DNA of 64,000 nucleotides, from positions 21,390,001-21,454,000 of the forward strand of contig OX597818.1 of the NCBI GenBank assembly GCA_951406725.2, written 5' to 3'. Origin of the DNA: Octopus vulgaris (lineage: Eukaryota). The notes under the pieces are model-generated. The model was not told the DNA's origin. It searched no databases and saw only the letters and a program-made list of their open reading frames with translations. Within the stretch, counting starts at the first letter, position 1, and every line of letters starts with the position of its first letter. Below, piece by piece: positions 38,706-52,976 of this stretch. A program made the position numbers and the translations under genes.

Positions 38706-40031
38706 CACACACACACATATATATATATTCATATGGGGCAGTTAAAATATGACATATAATTTGGATTCTCTCTTCAAAAATTAAGAATTGTCATTGTTGT
38801 TGTCATCATCATTATCATTGTCACCATCATCATTTAATGTCTGTTTTCCATGCAGGCATAGGTGGGACAGTTTGACAGAAGCTGAGTGTTCTTAACACCA
38901 TCCATTTTACAGAGTGGATTGGGTACTTTTTACATGGCAATAACACCAAGAAGGCCATCATGTAGTTTGCAAGATAAAGTCCCTAAACTGAGGGGTGAAG
39001 ACCTGTCAACTAATATATATGTATGGTTAAAATATGTGTATGTGTGTGTGTGTATGTATGTATGTATATATATATATATGCATATGCATGTGTGGAGGCA
39101 CAATGACCTCGTGGTTGAAGGATCGTGGTTTTGATTCCCAGACTGGGCATAGTGAGGGTTTATTGAGTGAAAATACCTAAAGCTTCACGAGGCTCCGGCA
39201 GGGGTGGTGGTGAACCCTGCTGTACTCTTTCACCACAACTTTCTCTCACTCTTTCTTCTTGTTTCTGTTGTACCTGTGTTTCAAAGGACCAGCCTTGTCA
39301 CACTCTGTGTCACACTGAATCTCCCCGAGAACTATGTTAAGGGTACATGTGTCTGTGGAGTGCTCAGTCACTTGCCCGTTAATAAATGAGCTGCGATGTC
39401 ACTGGTGCCAAGCTGTATCGGCCTTTGCCTTTCCCTTGGATAACATTGGTGGTGTGGAGAGGGGAGGCTAGTATGCATGGGCAACTGCTGGTCTTCCATA
39501 AACAACCTTGCCCAGACTTGTGCCTCGGAGGGTAACTTTCTAGGTGTAATCTCATGGTCATTCATGACCGAAGGGGGTCACAATATATATGCACGTACAT
39601 GCACACATACACACAGACACTTAGTTGAGCCCTACTTAGTCAAAGGGGATTTTTGTCTTGTAAACAGTTGGTAGTAGTGATGATAGTATTTGTTGCTTGG
39701 TTCCAGGTCAGCCCTGATCATGCTGACTCATGATCAAATTGCATTTCAGCTGTGACCATCTCATCATTTTCCTTTGTGCAGGAAATCCAAGACCACTGAA
39801 GGAGATTTGGTTACTATGTTTAACAGAATGTGCAACCATGTGGAGTCTCCCTTGTTAGTTTGTAGTGGTAGTAATAGTGACCATTAGTGGTGTTATAGCA
39901 ATAGATGTAGAAGTGGTTTAGAATAGATGTTGAAGCAAAACTAATAAAAACTCTCAGGGGTCTGTCTCTCCACAGTAGACACACACACACACACACAAAA
40001 AACATAGTTGTATTATATTGAAGTTCAATAC

Positions 40032-40211
40032 CTAAAACGGAAGATCCAATTATGAGTGTCAGAGCTATCAAAGCTTCATTCTGCATGAGGACATGTTCAG
40101 AAGTTGCCATAGTCACAAGGTGCTGGATACCATCAGCTCGTACAATATTCTTTATCACTTCGCCATTTTTGCTGTATTTTATTATCCATGCAAGTAGCCG
40201 TGTGGCTTCAC
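40032..40211 (-). CDS. RAP1GDS1: RAP1GDS1 exon (GEATRLLAWIIK...GSSVL), 180 nt
   Basis: AG/GT boundaries, highly conserved SmgGDS segment. Confidence 0.95.
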
Positions 40212-40745
40212 CTAGCAATTGAAACAGAACAACAATTTCAAAACAACAAATACATTAAATTCTTGTCATCAGACTGCTGCCGTGCTGGGGTACAGCATTG
40301 AAGGATTTTAGTCAAATCAACCCTGGTTCTTATCTTTTTTGAAGACTAGTGTGAAGTTGATAGAGGATAAATTTTCTCATAGACAGAGCACCGGTCTATC
40401 ATAAGAAACACCCACACCAAACAATCTGGCATTTATTTTCGACAGTTGTGTGATCTGAGGCAACATAGAATAAAGGTCTAGTTCAGAAACAGAAAACTCC
40501 AGCAGTAAATTTTATGTTATGACCAGTACCTTGTTCACTAGGCTATTTTGTCACTATGGAGTCTGTTTTTCTTTAAATCTGTTTAAACCAGTTCAGCTAT
40601 TTTGTTTTTGTATTTGGTTTGCAAGATCCTTGATGCGAACTTAGGTGTTGAAACAGATTTTGTCATATCTTGGTTCAATTTCACTTCTTTAATATTGGTT
40701 ATTTATTGGTTAGCTATTTAACCAACTAACCAATAAATTGTTTAG

Positions 40746-40939
40746 TCATTTGGTAAAACAATCAATCAGTCATGTTTGTCAATGTCCTTTCGTTGCCATT
40801 CTTGACTTCTTCAAGGACATACCTTCTCTACTCCAAGTCAGCTTCAGGTAGGAGTAGAGAAGGCATGTCACTGAAAAGGTCACAAATGGTGACGAAAGGA
40901 CTTTGGCAAACACAATTGACTGATTGATTAACTAAATGA
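40746..40939. repeat. Imperfect ~190-bp foldback with a degenerate hammerhead-like motif (Penelope-like)
   Basis: Arms aatcaatcagtca...ccttctctactcc and ggagtagagaagg...tgactgattgatt. CTGAAAAG-GTCAC-aaatg-GTGAC-GAAA at 40871-40897. Confidence 0.7.
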
Positions 40940-41158
40940 TGAAGTGAAATTTAACTAATGCATAATGACCTACTGAGATATTACAGTTCAGCTGTGATTC
41001 AGAGAATATTGAAAGTGGTAGTTTCATGCATCTGAGACACATTCTCAGAACTGATAAACAACAGTGGGAGCAATAGCAGAAATTATGATATCAACAGTAG
41101 CAACAACAATGATAACAGCAATAGCAGAAACAGTATTAAACATCTAAAAGATACTGAC

Positions 41159-41248
41159 CTTTCACTCCAGCATGTTCTTCAACATTACACCACTCAACTA
41201 ATTTAGGTAAGAAGACTTTATCACGGCCAAGAAGTTTAGCAGTTTCTT
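41159..41248 (-). CDS. RAP1GDS1: RAP1GDS1 exon (EETAKLLGRD...EEHAGVK), 90 nt
   Basis: ttcag acceptor, gtcagt donor. Confidence 0.93.
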
Positions 41249-42390
41249 CTGAAGTAGAGGTAAAAAAAAAAAAGATGATGATAATGTCAATCTTTGTGGT
41301 TAATAATATTATAACCAGAGTATCAGAAAAATTGCTTTGCAGAATTTGTTCTAGTTCTTTACATTCAACTTTGCCTTTCATCTCTCCAGGGTTACTGAGA
41401 TAAAGTACCAGTCAAGTACTGGGGTCAATGTTATTAATTAAACCTCCTCCCACTCAAAACTGCTATGCTTAAATTAGAAACTCTTATTATTATTAAACTA
41501 ACGAGCTGGCAGAATTGTTACCATGTTAGGCAAAATGCTTAGCAACATTTTGTCTGTCCTTACATTCTGAGTTCCAATTCCACTGAAGTCAACTCTGCCT
41601 TTCATCTTTGTGCAGTCAATAAAAGAAGTACCAGTTGAACACTGAGGCCAATGTAATCAACTTAACCACCCCACTGAAATTGCTGGCCTTGTGCCAAAAT
41701 TTGAAAGTATTATTATTACTATGTTTAACAGAATCACAATAACACGTTAGAAATAGTTGATTATATTGATACCAGTTCTTGAGTGGTACTTTCCTTTATT
41801 GACCCTAGTAGAAGGAAAGGTCAAGTTGACTTCAGTAAAATTAAAAATTATTATGTAACAGCTGTGATTAAATAACACAAGGCATTTTACCTGATGCTCT
41901 AAGAATTCTGATCTAAAAATAATTCTTCTCTGTCTTAAAAAGTATAGTTATATTTGTGTATATATAAATATGATAGATTGGTTCGTTAATGGACTTTATG
42001 CAGGATCTAAATTAAAGAGATTAAAAGCATATTGATAGTGATGATGTATAGGAGGTGATGATAATGATGTGATATTTATAGTGTGGTGCATCTACTACTC
42101 TGATAACACCTGCCAACATCACCATCACTATGAGCTAATAAGAGAGTTCATCATGATTGAGTAACCTGCTAAAAATATCAGCCAAATTTGCCTCAACTCA
42201 CAACTTACTGCCTTGGAAAAAGAAATACACTGGAATATGTATCCTGCTGCACACAGCAAAAAATGCAGACAGGTCATGGCTGGAATACTTTCAGCCAAAG
42301 GTCTGCTTGATCAGGACTAACTTAGGGCTAAACACCATCACCGCCACTCTCATCCTTACCAGTGCTAGGAATTGCATGTAATTAACTTAC

Positions 42391-42516
42391 CTTGGTTGTC
42401 AACTAACATTCGTAGAGCTCCTAACAGTTTGAATGTCACAGCTAGTATAGGGGTGGAAGAGAAGCTGAGGAGGACTTCGACAGAGCCAGCATTGACTAGT
42501 TTAGTTTTATTGGTCA
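42391..42516 (-). CDS. RAP1GDS1: RAP1GDS1 exon (LTNKTKLVNAG...FKLLGALRMLVDNQ), 126 nt
   Basis: tacag acceptor, gtaagt donor. Confidence 0.94.
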
Positions 42517-44799
42517 CTGTAACAAAAGAAAAAAGAACAACACTCAGAAAGTAACACAGTCAGATGTTATTGAATGATAAAATCATGTTGGCAATGATTT
42601 ACACCTTTCAAATTCACAACACATCAAAGGAAACACCACAAGGTTACTTGACATATTACTATAAATTGTAACCAAAGGAAGGACATATTGGAAAGTCTAG
42701 TCCAGTGTGCAATATGCTTGGAAAAAAAAAGCTTCATGTTCTCGCCTCCCTGGCAACCATGATTTTCTTACCTCTCCTTTTCTCATTGCCCATGTAGTGT
42801 TCATCCCTCAGGCCATGCCTGCTGCTAAGGAGGTGCACTGAATGGCACTGTCCCGTTATTCAATGGTGCACCCTCAGATTCACAGTGATACACTTATTTT
42901 GAAACTCCAATTTAGCATTATTACAAATTACTACCCATCCAGAGCATTCTGAAGCACCTCCAGTCACTAAAGTCTGATGATAGGCCTGCCTCAGGCCTCA
43001 CATAAATCCCTACACTTAACCTTTCTTCCTCAATGTGCCAATCCTTGAGATCTCTCCACTGTATGTATATATCTTGCAGCCATCAACTTGCAATTGTTCA
43101 ATGGTGATGTCAACTGTGTCAGCCTCACCAATCTTGGAGGACAAGTGAAAGACATGAGCACAACTCCTTTCTTTCTCTGGACTAATTTAATCAAGATTTT
43201 AAAAAAATCTTCTCCAGTATATGATACTAGTCTCTCACAGGTAGCATTTATGGATAGTCCAATATCTATTATGTATTTCTGAACTAATTTGAATTATGTA
43301 TGAGGGAGGAGGAGGAGGGGATTTCTGCCCTCATGCATCACTCTCTGACATGTCAAGCAGCTCTCCCAATTTTCATCCCCTAACACACACTCATTGGTGG
43401 GACTACTCAGCTGCTTTGGTCAGCTGAGAGCATAATTGGCACATATTACATCCCCTCCCTTTTCCCACTGGAACCACTTCCATTTCTCATTATCATCCTC
43501 ACCCACACTATTTCTACAAATCAACTCCTGCCTGTGCCTTCAGCCAATGCTCTCTCTTTATCTCTCTCTCACTCTCCACTGCTATACTCCATTCTTAACA
43601 TATCTCTTATCTGCTATTATTCTCAATGCTCTCCCATGTCTAAAATTACTTACTATAGCTCCCTAATGTTCCTTTATAACTCCCTCTCCACTGCTCCTAC
43701 ACCTTACACATCATTCCACTACCTTCAGATTTATTCTCTTTTCTGAGCCACTTCTATATCTCCTACCTTACCCATCTCCACACCAATATTTCTCTTCAAC
43801 TGCACCTTCACATTTGTTTATCACTCACTACATTCACCTCTACCCTCATCTTTAACCATCTGTTACTCACCTTTTGTTCTCTTACGGAAGTATCCTCATA
43901 CTCCCCTGCCTCACTGTCCATATCCCCTCTTATGTTCACTTTCTTGTACCATGACAGTTTGCACTGGTACTCTATTACTACCTTCCTTTTATCCCCTTTA
44001 GCTATTTATCTCCTTGTCCCTCAGCCTTTCAACACCTAGAATAAGCCACTCACCTCCATATTTTCCTTTCAAATATTCCCCTCTTAGTATTGGAAGTTTT
44101 TCTCTTTTTTTTTTCCTGCTGTCTTGCAAGTTACACAGCAAACTCACTAGTGCTTGTGGCATATAAAAAGCATCTAATACACTTTGTAAAGTGACAGGTA
44201 TTAAGAAGGCATTGAGCTATAGAAACCATGCCAAAGCTGAAAATAGAGCTTGATGCACCCTTGCAGCTTGCCAGATCCTGTCAAACTGATCAACCCACCT
44301 GTGCCAGCATGGAAAGTGGATGTTGAATGATGATGATGAAGATGATGGTGATGATAGTGATATGTAGAATTAAGTAACTTGCCTAAACAAATAATTCACC
44401 CTTACTTTGATATGAACTCAACATTGCTTCCACCTGATCATATTATTACTTTAAAATGAAAATGCTCACTGCACAGGGGCCTAGCAAGTACAATGCCAGT
44501 TTGATATTGCTTAAGTACATACAAGTATTACATATAATCAGAACATATATCTTGGATAATTAATAGATATAAAAATTACAGTACATAGAACTAGTAGCTA
44601 TAGCACGCGCACACACACAATTAGAAATTTGAGCATATAGCTAGTACATGTAATTAGTAGTTATAAGTAGTTCACATAATTAGTGTATATAACTAGTATG
44701 TGTAATTAAAACTATATACTAGTTATTAACTAACATATAAGTTAATAACGAGTATATATATTTAGTAGATATAACTAGTTATAAGGCTTTCAACTAGTA

Positions 44800-45914
44800 T
44801 AAGGCTTTCAACTCTGTGCCACACAAAAGGCTTATGGTGAAACTCTCTGCAATGGGTGTGGGGGATGACCTTTTTAACTGGTTGAAATCCTTCATCCTCA
44901 GCCGAAAGGAGGTAGTCACAGTTCTAGGACAGCACTCTACACCATATGAGATGTCATCGGGTGTACCACAGGGATCTGTCCTTGGTCCCCTCTTGTTTGT
45001 GGCATACATTAACGACATAGATGCCAATTTAAAGAATGCCACAGTATTGAAATATGCAGACGACATCAAGCTGTACCTTGAAATCAAGAGGACAGATCCT
45101 GATGTCTACAACTCTTTCCTGCAATCAGACCTAGACACAATGCAGCAATGGATCACAGACTGGCAACTGAAACTGGCTGTGGACAAGTGTACCACCATGC
45201 ATTTTGGGAGAAAAAACCCTGCGTTCACATACTCCCTCCACAACACTGATATCAAGAAATCCTCTTGTGAGCGTGACCTAGGCATCACTGTCAGCAGTGA
45301 TTTGCGTTGGTCAAAGCATATCTCTAAGATTGTCAGGAAGGCCGAGGGTGTCTTGGCATCACTCAGCAGGTCTTTTGTTAGCCGCTCTCCAGCCATCTAT
45401 TTAAAACTGTATACAGCTAAGGTACGACCACACTTGGAATTCGCATCATCAGTTTGGAACCCCTATCTTGCACAGAACATTGACCTCCTGGAATCTGTCC
45501 AGAGACGTGCAACCAAACGCATACCCTCCATCAGACACCTACCATATTCTGAGCGCCTTGTTTCCCTGGGCATGGATTCACTGAAGCTCCGGCGTTTGGC
45601 GACGGACTTGGTAAACACCCACAAAGTTATCAACCACCTCACCAACAACAACACTGAACACCTTTTTGATCTCCATGTGTCTAACACACGTGGACATGCC
45701 TACAAAGTCAGAAAACAATACAGCTCCCATGACTTTCGGAAACATTTTTTCACGCTCAGAATTGCTGAAGCATGGAATAAACTGCCTGCGTCAGTTGTTG
45801 ACTGCCATGACACTGCATCTTTTAAGGCCCTCATGCTTTCCGAAATCCGCCGAAACTACACCTGATTATATATACACTTTAGATGAGTTGTAGTGCACCT
45901 GAGCACTGTACACA

Positions 45915-45942
<28 letters not shown>
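44800..45942 (+). mobile_element. 5'-truncated young CR1/L2-type LINE (RT C-terminal half, open 349-aa frame) with (ATT)n tail
   Basis: KAFNSVPH, GVPQGSVLGPLLF, KYADDIKLY, ERDLGI and RPHLEF...W.PY motifs, then a short 3'UTR and (ATT)n. Confidence 0.95.
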
Positions 45943-45946
<4 letters not shown>

Positions 45947-46106
45947 ACTATTCTAACTATATATAAAATATAACTAAATATAACTATTCTAACTATATAT
46001 AAAATATATAAAAATAAAACACCTCATTATTTTCCTCAACAAGACTTAGCGAAGAAAAGGTTTAATTTTGAAAGATAACAGTGAAACCTTGAAAATGAGA
46101 ACTTAC

Positions 46107-46244
46107 AAGGAATAGCAAGGTTCCTTAAAGCACTTAGTATTGCATGAAGTAATGGTATATTTGGTTCTTTACGGTCTTGTTGCTTGAGTAAATTTAACAT
46201 TTTTGTAACAACGCCTTCTTCCACCAACAATAAGCAATGTTCAT
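46107..46244 (-). CDS. RAP1GDS1: RAP1GDS1 exon (DEHCLLLVEEG...LSALRNLAIP), 138 nt
   Basis: tttcag acceptor, gtaagt donor. Confidence 0.95.
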
Positions 46245-46490
46245 CTGAAACAAGAAAATAATTACGTTGACTACTGAAGTAATTTAACTGACAATAATTC
46301 TGGCAAAGTTTTCATTGGAATTTCTTTCATAATATCTATTTATTTAATATGTCAATAATATCAAAACGAAACTTCAATGATGGCAGGCCTTAAACAAATA
46401 AACAATATTATCAATCACAACAAATTTATTCTATATATGTGAACATGTACATATCCAGAAATAAGGTGCACGATGATGAACTGAAATCAA

Positions 46491-46538
<48 letters not shown>

Positions 46539-49239
46539 TGATGTGTACGTGCGCAAGCATGTTAACATATAATCTTAAGATAAGGTTAACAGATTGGAAA
46601 ATAATCATCTTAGTAACTCTCTGACATAGGCACAAGACCACAAATTTGTAGGGATGGGTTAGTTGATTAAATCAAGCTCAGTACTTGACAAATAGTTTAT
46701 ATTGACACTGCAAGGATGAAATGCAATGTTGACTTTAGCAGGATTTGAACTCAGAATGTAAAGGGCTGTAAGCAAATGCTACATGGCATTTCATTGGATA
46801 ATCTACTGATTCTGCCAATTTACTACTTTTAATCTTAATAATGACAATTCAATTTAGTGTGTGTCACTGGTTTACTGAATATGAAGATTAGTTTCGTTAG
46901 TTTAGAAATAAAGATTCTTATTTTAGATTCAGTCTTGGAACCTGTACATATATCGAAGAATTAGGCACCATATGATGATTAAGCTGTTTGAAATGTAGTG
47001 CAGCAGACGCCGCTGCCACCACCATCATCATCGTTTAACGTCCGCTTTCCATGCTAGCATGGGTTGGACGATTTGACTGAGGACTGGCGAACCAGATGGC
47101 TGCAGCAGGCTTCAATCTAATCTGGCAGAGCTTCTACAGCTGGATGCCCTTCCAAATGCTAACCACTCTGAGAGTGTAGTGGGTGCTTTTATGTGCCACC
47201 AGCATGAGGGCCAGTCAGGTGGTACTGGCAACAGCCAAGCTCAAATGGTGCTTTTTACGTGCCACCTGCACAGGAGCCAGTCCAGCGGCACTGGCAATGA
47301 CCTCACTCGAATGCTTTTTCACGTGCCAGTAAGGCGATGCTGGTAATAATCATGCTCGAATGATGCTTTTTACGTATCACCAGCACAGAAGCCAGTTTGC
47401 TGCTCTGGCAACGATCACGCTTGGATGGTGCTCAAATAATTGTAACACAGCATTGCTCTAAGATAATTTTATAATCATAAACAAGTAGAGAGAAGGATTA
47501 TGATGCCAATCCAATCGACACCCCAGTACCCTTTTTTTAAAGCCTAGTACTTATTCTATTGGTCTCTTTTGCCAAATCACTAAGTTATGCGGACATAAAC
47601 ACACCAACACTGGTTGTCAAGTGGTAGTCGGGGACAAACAGACAGGTACACTTAGATATAGGAAAGGCTTCTTTCAGTTTCCATCTACCAAATCCACTCA
47701 CAAGGCTTTGGTCAGCCTGTAGCTATAGTAGAAGATAGTTGTCCCAGGTGCCATGCAATGGGACTGAACCTAAAACCATGTTATTAGGAAGTAAGCTACT
47801 CATCACACAATTTTGTAAAATTATGTTTTTATAAACAATTGCAGTGTGGAAGGTGTTTATAAGCCATTTAAGGAACACACAAAAACCGTTAGATTCACTT
47901 CAACATTTATATTTAATTTGCCAAAATATTTTCGTCGCTTTGGGACTGTGACCTGTTTACTGACAAAATTCTGTGCTGTATCTCATATTTTTTAATGTTT
48001 TTTTCTATACACAAAACTTTTGGCTCTTGAGTTACTTTTGTTATTTTGTACCAATTAATATATTCTTTAAATCTTTTACTTGTTTCAGTCATTTGACTGT
48101 GGCCATGCTGGAGCACTGCCTTTAGTCGAGCAAGTAGACCCCAGGACTTATTCTTTGTAAGCCTAGTACTTACTCTATTGGTCTCTTTTGCTGAACCGCT
48201 AAGTCACGGGGATGTAAAATTACCAGCATCAGTTGTCAAGCGATGTTGGGAAGGACAAACACAGACACACAAACATACACACACACATATACGACAGGCT
48301 TCTTCCAGTTTCCCTCTACCAAATCCACTCACAAGGCTTTGGTCAGCCCGAGGCTATAGTAGAAGAAACTTGCTCAAGGTGCCACGCAGTGGGACTGAAC
48401 ACAGAACCATGTGGTTAGTAAGCAAGCTACTTACCACAGCCACTCCTGATATATACTGAGAAAGTATGTGTGGTTTTAATATGCATTTTATTAGAAATTC
48501 AACAGCTGCACATGGAAAAACCAATGGTGGTGATGATGATGATAATTGTGGATCACTAAATTAAAGATAGTGATGTGGAGATTGAATATTTGATGATAAC
48601 TGTGGATTACTAAATTAAAGACAGTGATACGAAGATTGAATATTTGGATGTTTCTTGTCTCTTACTACAATGAGTATAATTGACTACATGTGTGTGCGCA
48701 TATCTGTGCATGAGTGTTTCTTGATTTTTCATGAATGTGAGAATAAATGTTTGTATGCATGTGATCATATCATTGTGGCTATTGTTACTACAAGATAGCT
48801 TGAAAGGTTGAATTTAATTGGCCTCAGATAAAGAAGAAGGAAAAAAAAAAGATTGTCAAGTCATCATTTCATACCATTAGAAAAGAAAATTGCAACAAGA
48901 ACTTAATACACCAAACAAATACCAGTGAATCATCAGTTTAGAGGGTTAGCATCAGTTCCACACCCAAACAACAATATAACAAATTATATTTTAGTGAGTT
49001 TCAGTTTTCAAAGAAAATTTTTTTGTAGAAAACTACTTTTTGCTGTTGTTGTTCAGCCCAAGGTCAGCTCTGACTGAGAAAGATTTATGAAAGGCATTGC
49101 AGCCATGGCAATCCTGTCTTTTTTTGTTCTAGGTATCATATATCTGAGATTTCATTATCCAATGGGTCCTTTTCCTGAGACAGAAAGGCATTGTTTGAGG
49201 GAGATTTGGTTTACTATACCAAGTAGGTCAAATGACCAT

Positions 49240-49835
49240 ATGGGTGAAATGCTTAGCAGTATTTCGTCTGCCACTACATTTTGAGTTCAAATTCTGCCGA
49301 TGTTGACTTATTCCCTCCCCTAAAATGGCTGGCCTTGTGGCAAAATTCGAAACAATTATTATTATTATTATTATTATTATTTTATTGTTAGGTGACAAGC
49401 TGGAAGAATCATTAGCTTGTGGGGCAAAATGCTTAGCAGCATCTTGTCTGTCTTTATGTTCTGAGTTCAAATTCTGCTGATGTTGACTTTGCCTTTCATC
49501 CTTTTGGGGTCGATAAATTAAGTACCAGTGAAACACTGGGGTTGATGTAATCAACTAGACCCCTCCTCCAAAATTTTCAGGCCTTGCACCAATAGTAAAA
49601 AGGATTATTATTATTATTGCTAAGGTGGCAAGCTGGCAGAATCATTAGCATGCCAGGCAAAATGCTTAGCAGCAGTTCATCTGTCTCTATGTTGTGAGTT
49701 CAAATTGCACTGATGTTGACTTTTCCTTTCATCCTTTTGGGGTTGATAAAATAAGTACTTGTTGAGTACTGGGGTCGATGTAATTGATTTATTCCCCCAT
49801 CGAAATTGCTGGCCTCGCACCAAAATTTGAAACCA
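49240..49835 (+). mobile_element. Tandem array of three SINE copies separated by (TTA)n
   Basis: Three repeats of aaatgcttagcag...gagttcaaatt...gatgttgact. Confidence 0.85.
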
Positions 49836-51698
49836 TTATTATCATTATTGTTGCTTTTAAATAACATTTGCTGAAAGTTGTCCCCATGGGTACCAACTTG
49901 AGTTCTTGTACTCGTGGGTTTTAATTGTTGTGGTTAGTAGTTCACTTTTACTCCACCTTGTTTAATTACATGTGAAGCAGTCATCATATCATGGCTTCAA
50001 ATGTCTATTCTCATCTATTCTTATTGTCCCCTTTCTCTTTCATTTCACCAGCATCCTCATCATCACCACCAACATCATTAGCACCCCCTCCTGTCACTGT
50101 TGCTTCTGTTATGATCCTCTCCTCTTCACTGCTACCAACAATTCTTCTTCGCCGCTGCTGCCACTACCACCACAATTGCCATTATCATCAGTGCTGCCGT
50201 TACCATTGAGAGTTAGTATGTGGTCACTCCATATGCTAGAAATAGCAGTCCAATCTCTCTAAAATTATACCTTGCCATCTAGAAAGGGAAGGACAAATTA
50301 GATAATATAACCAATGCCTGTGTGCAGGGCAAGGTGGTTAAGGTTGGAATGTCTTTGATCATAGATCTACTCATTCAGGGCTAGCGTGGAGCTAAGCAAC
50401 AGTCACTATAATCTTTATACATTTGATATTTCAAACTAGATGTTTGCATGACCATAACCGCTTTAATGATCATTAGTGTTCACAGCTCATTAATACTTAC
50501 ATAATCATTAGTGCTCGTATGATCATTAACGCCTAAATAATCAAAGATCCAAACTTTGAAGTTAGCAGCATTATATGCCCAGGAATACAGCTATTGATGT
50601 TGTGTACTTGAGCACATAATTCTGCTAACCTAAAGCCAATGAGGAAACTTCTATGTGATCACTCAATCTTCAAGAAATAGCAGCTAAATCTTCCATAGCA
50701 GAATTGTTAATGCTGCTCCCCCAATGAAGAGGATTGTTCTGCAAGAGCCATGTCTGGCACCATGTAAAAAGCACCTGTGCCAGCACCATATAACAGTACC
50801 CCTGCTGGCACTACATAAAAAGTACCCATGCCAGCACCATGTAAAAGCACCCATGCCAGTGCCATATAAAAAGTACCCAGCACACTCTGTAAAGTGGTTG
50901 GTGTTATGAAGGGTATTAAGCAGTAGAAATCAAGGCAAATCAGACTGGAACCTGGTGCAGCTCCCCTGCTTGTTAGCTCTGGTCAACCCATCCAACCCAT
51001 ACTAGCATGTGTTGGATGATGATGGTGATGATGATGATGTGTGAGAATATGTACCAGATCTTCAAGGAAAGGTGCTTATGATAGACTGGCATCTTATCTT
51101 GGAAGAGATTTAACACTTATTCACTTCACATAGGAATTAGAGTTAAGCACCAATCCTTTAAAATCCCTAGTAGCTAAAGCAACAATGTTCATACAGGCTA
51201 TGTTGTTTGTTTGCAGTTCACCACAAAAGCACATTACGGGGCCTTTTGACATGTCTTGACATGTTGCCCAATCTTTGAAAAAAAAAAAGGTGTATTCAAA
51301 TGGTGTTCTTTGTTTCCAGTTCTCTACCAAACTATATCTGGGCTGTTTGTTGTTTGATACAATAGGGGAAACAGATGAGTGTTAATGCCTGGAAGGTCAT
51401 AAAGTCATAGAAAACTCAGCCCAAACATAGTCTTGTCTTATCAATGTAAGAATGGAAAAGTAGAAGTTAGAACAATGATGATGGTAATACATCACTTGTT
51501 ATGTGTGCAATAAGACATTCACTAGCTTACTACACTGTTTTATTTTTACTAGTTTCGGTTATTCCATTGTGGTCATGTTGATGCAGCATCTTCAAAAGGA
51601 GACATTTGCATATAATTCTTATTCTCTGATGGGATAATGAATAAAATAACAGCAATAAAAAATACATCAAAATTTTAAAAAAAAAAAAATTGACTGAC

Positions 51699-51830
51699 CA
51701 TTTCTAGCAAAGTTGCCAATTGCAAGAGCTCCTGATATTTGTAAATATTCATTACTCCCTTCAAGCCAACTCACAGATTCAGCATATACTGCCCCTTTAC
51801 CCTTTTTGAAAAGGACTTCCATACTTTTGT
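51699..51830 (-). CDS. RAP1GDS1: RAP1GDS1 exon (DKSMEVLFKKGKG...GALAIGNFARN), 132 nt
   Basis: ttccag acceptor, gtcagt donor. Confidence 0.95.
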
Positions 51831-52832
51831 CTGGAATTCACAGAAAGGTTAGAAATAAATATACAAAAAATAAGTAAATAAATAAATAAATAAATAAAGA
51901 CAAGTGGTCAGTCAATAAAAGAATGCTGTTCTTGTGTGTCAATGCATTTTGGTTACAGCTTGTATGAATACATCATTGAAAACTGAAGAAAAAAACCAAA
52001 AAAATCAAACATGATACACATCATACTTAGCCACAAACTGCAAGTAATAATGTATTACAAAACCACCAGAATGAAAAATCTCCTGGCAACAAAGGGCTAC
52101 TCTTTCAAAGTGAAGAGGAGACTGTAAGATGCTTGTGTACAAAGTGTGACTTTGCTGGGTAAAAAATCTTGAATAACAGGATTTGCAAAGTCAACAAAGG
52201 AATGAAGTGAGTATGATTTGCTGGGTGTATAATGTTAGTATGACTGATGGAGTACAAATAAATTGAGAGAAAATGGGATAAAAGAGAAGTCAGATGTTAT
52301 GTGCAAGAGAGAAGACATAAAGCAGTGAAAACTGATCTCAGGATACTGTGCCTCAAGAAGGTGATGTTGCCAATCATTTTAGTTATGAAAGACCATAATG
52401 ACTGGCATCGCTCAGTGCTGGAGAAGATCTGCCCACCTGTACAAGCATTGTGTAATGTATGTTAAAATGGTGGTAGTGATGGAAACTACAGTCTCTTTGC
52501 TCTCTGACATTTTGTCTAGTTTCCATCTAGCTCCCAGACAACAACAAATTCACTCTTTAGACTTGAATCAAGAATCTTTTGCTAATCAGGTAAGCATGCT
52601 ATCATTAGCAGACATACTACCATTTACCAGGTATGTAAAAGATACAGGATTCAATTCGCAGCAGTGGTTTCAATGTTATTCTTAGATTTGAAATTCTTAT
52701 TTTACAAAGGCCCAACATTTTATATGTGTGTGCATGCACATGTATGTACATGTGAGTGTAGAAAGAAATTAGAAGCAAAATATAACACAATATGTTATGG
52801 ACAATTTTAGTTCTTAATCTTACTAGTCTTAC

Positions 52833-52976
52833 CTCCTGTTAAAAGTAAAACAATTAAATCTGAAGACGTCTTTAAGAATTGTTGGTTAGCTTCTTCTTTT
52901 TCTTCAAGACTTGAATGGATTGAGTCAATCAAATGGTCACATAGAAAGCTTTCAGAAAGTTTCAGTTTGATTTTAT
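52833..52976 (-). CDS. RAP1GDS1: RAP1GDS1 exon (DKIKLKLSES...SDLIVLLLTG), 144 nt
   Basis: tttcag acceptor, gtaaga donor. Confidence 0.94.

Noticed and set aside
42720-43520. Possible decayed Penelope GIY-YIG region (LIGGTTQLL..., NHFHFS)
   Set aside because: The similarity is too degraded to call from inspection.
44816-45865. Stand-alone or domesticated reverse transcriptase gene
   Set aside because: It is 5'-truncated mid-RT with a LINE 3' tail, and a second near-identical copy is nearby, so this is an ordinary retrotransposon insertion.
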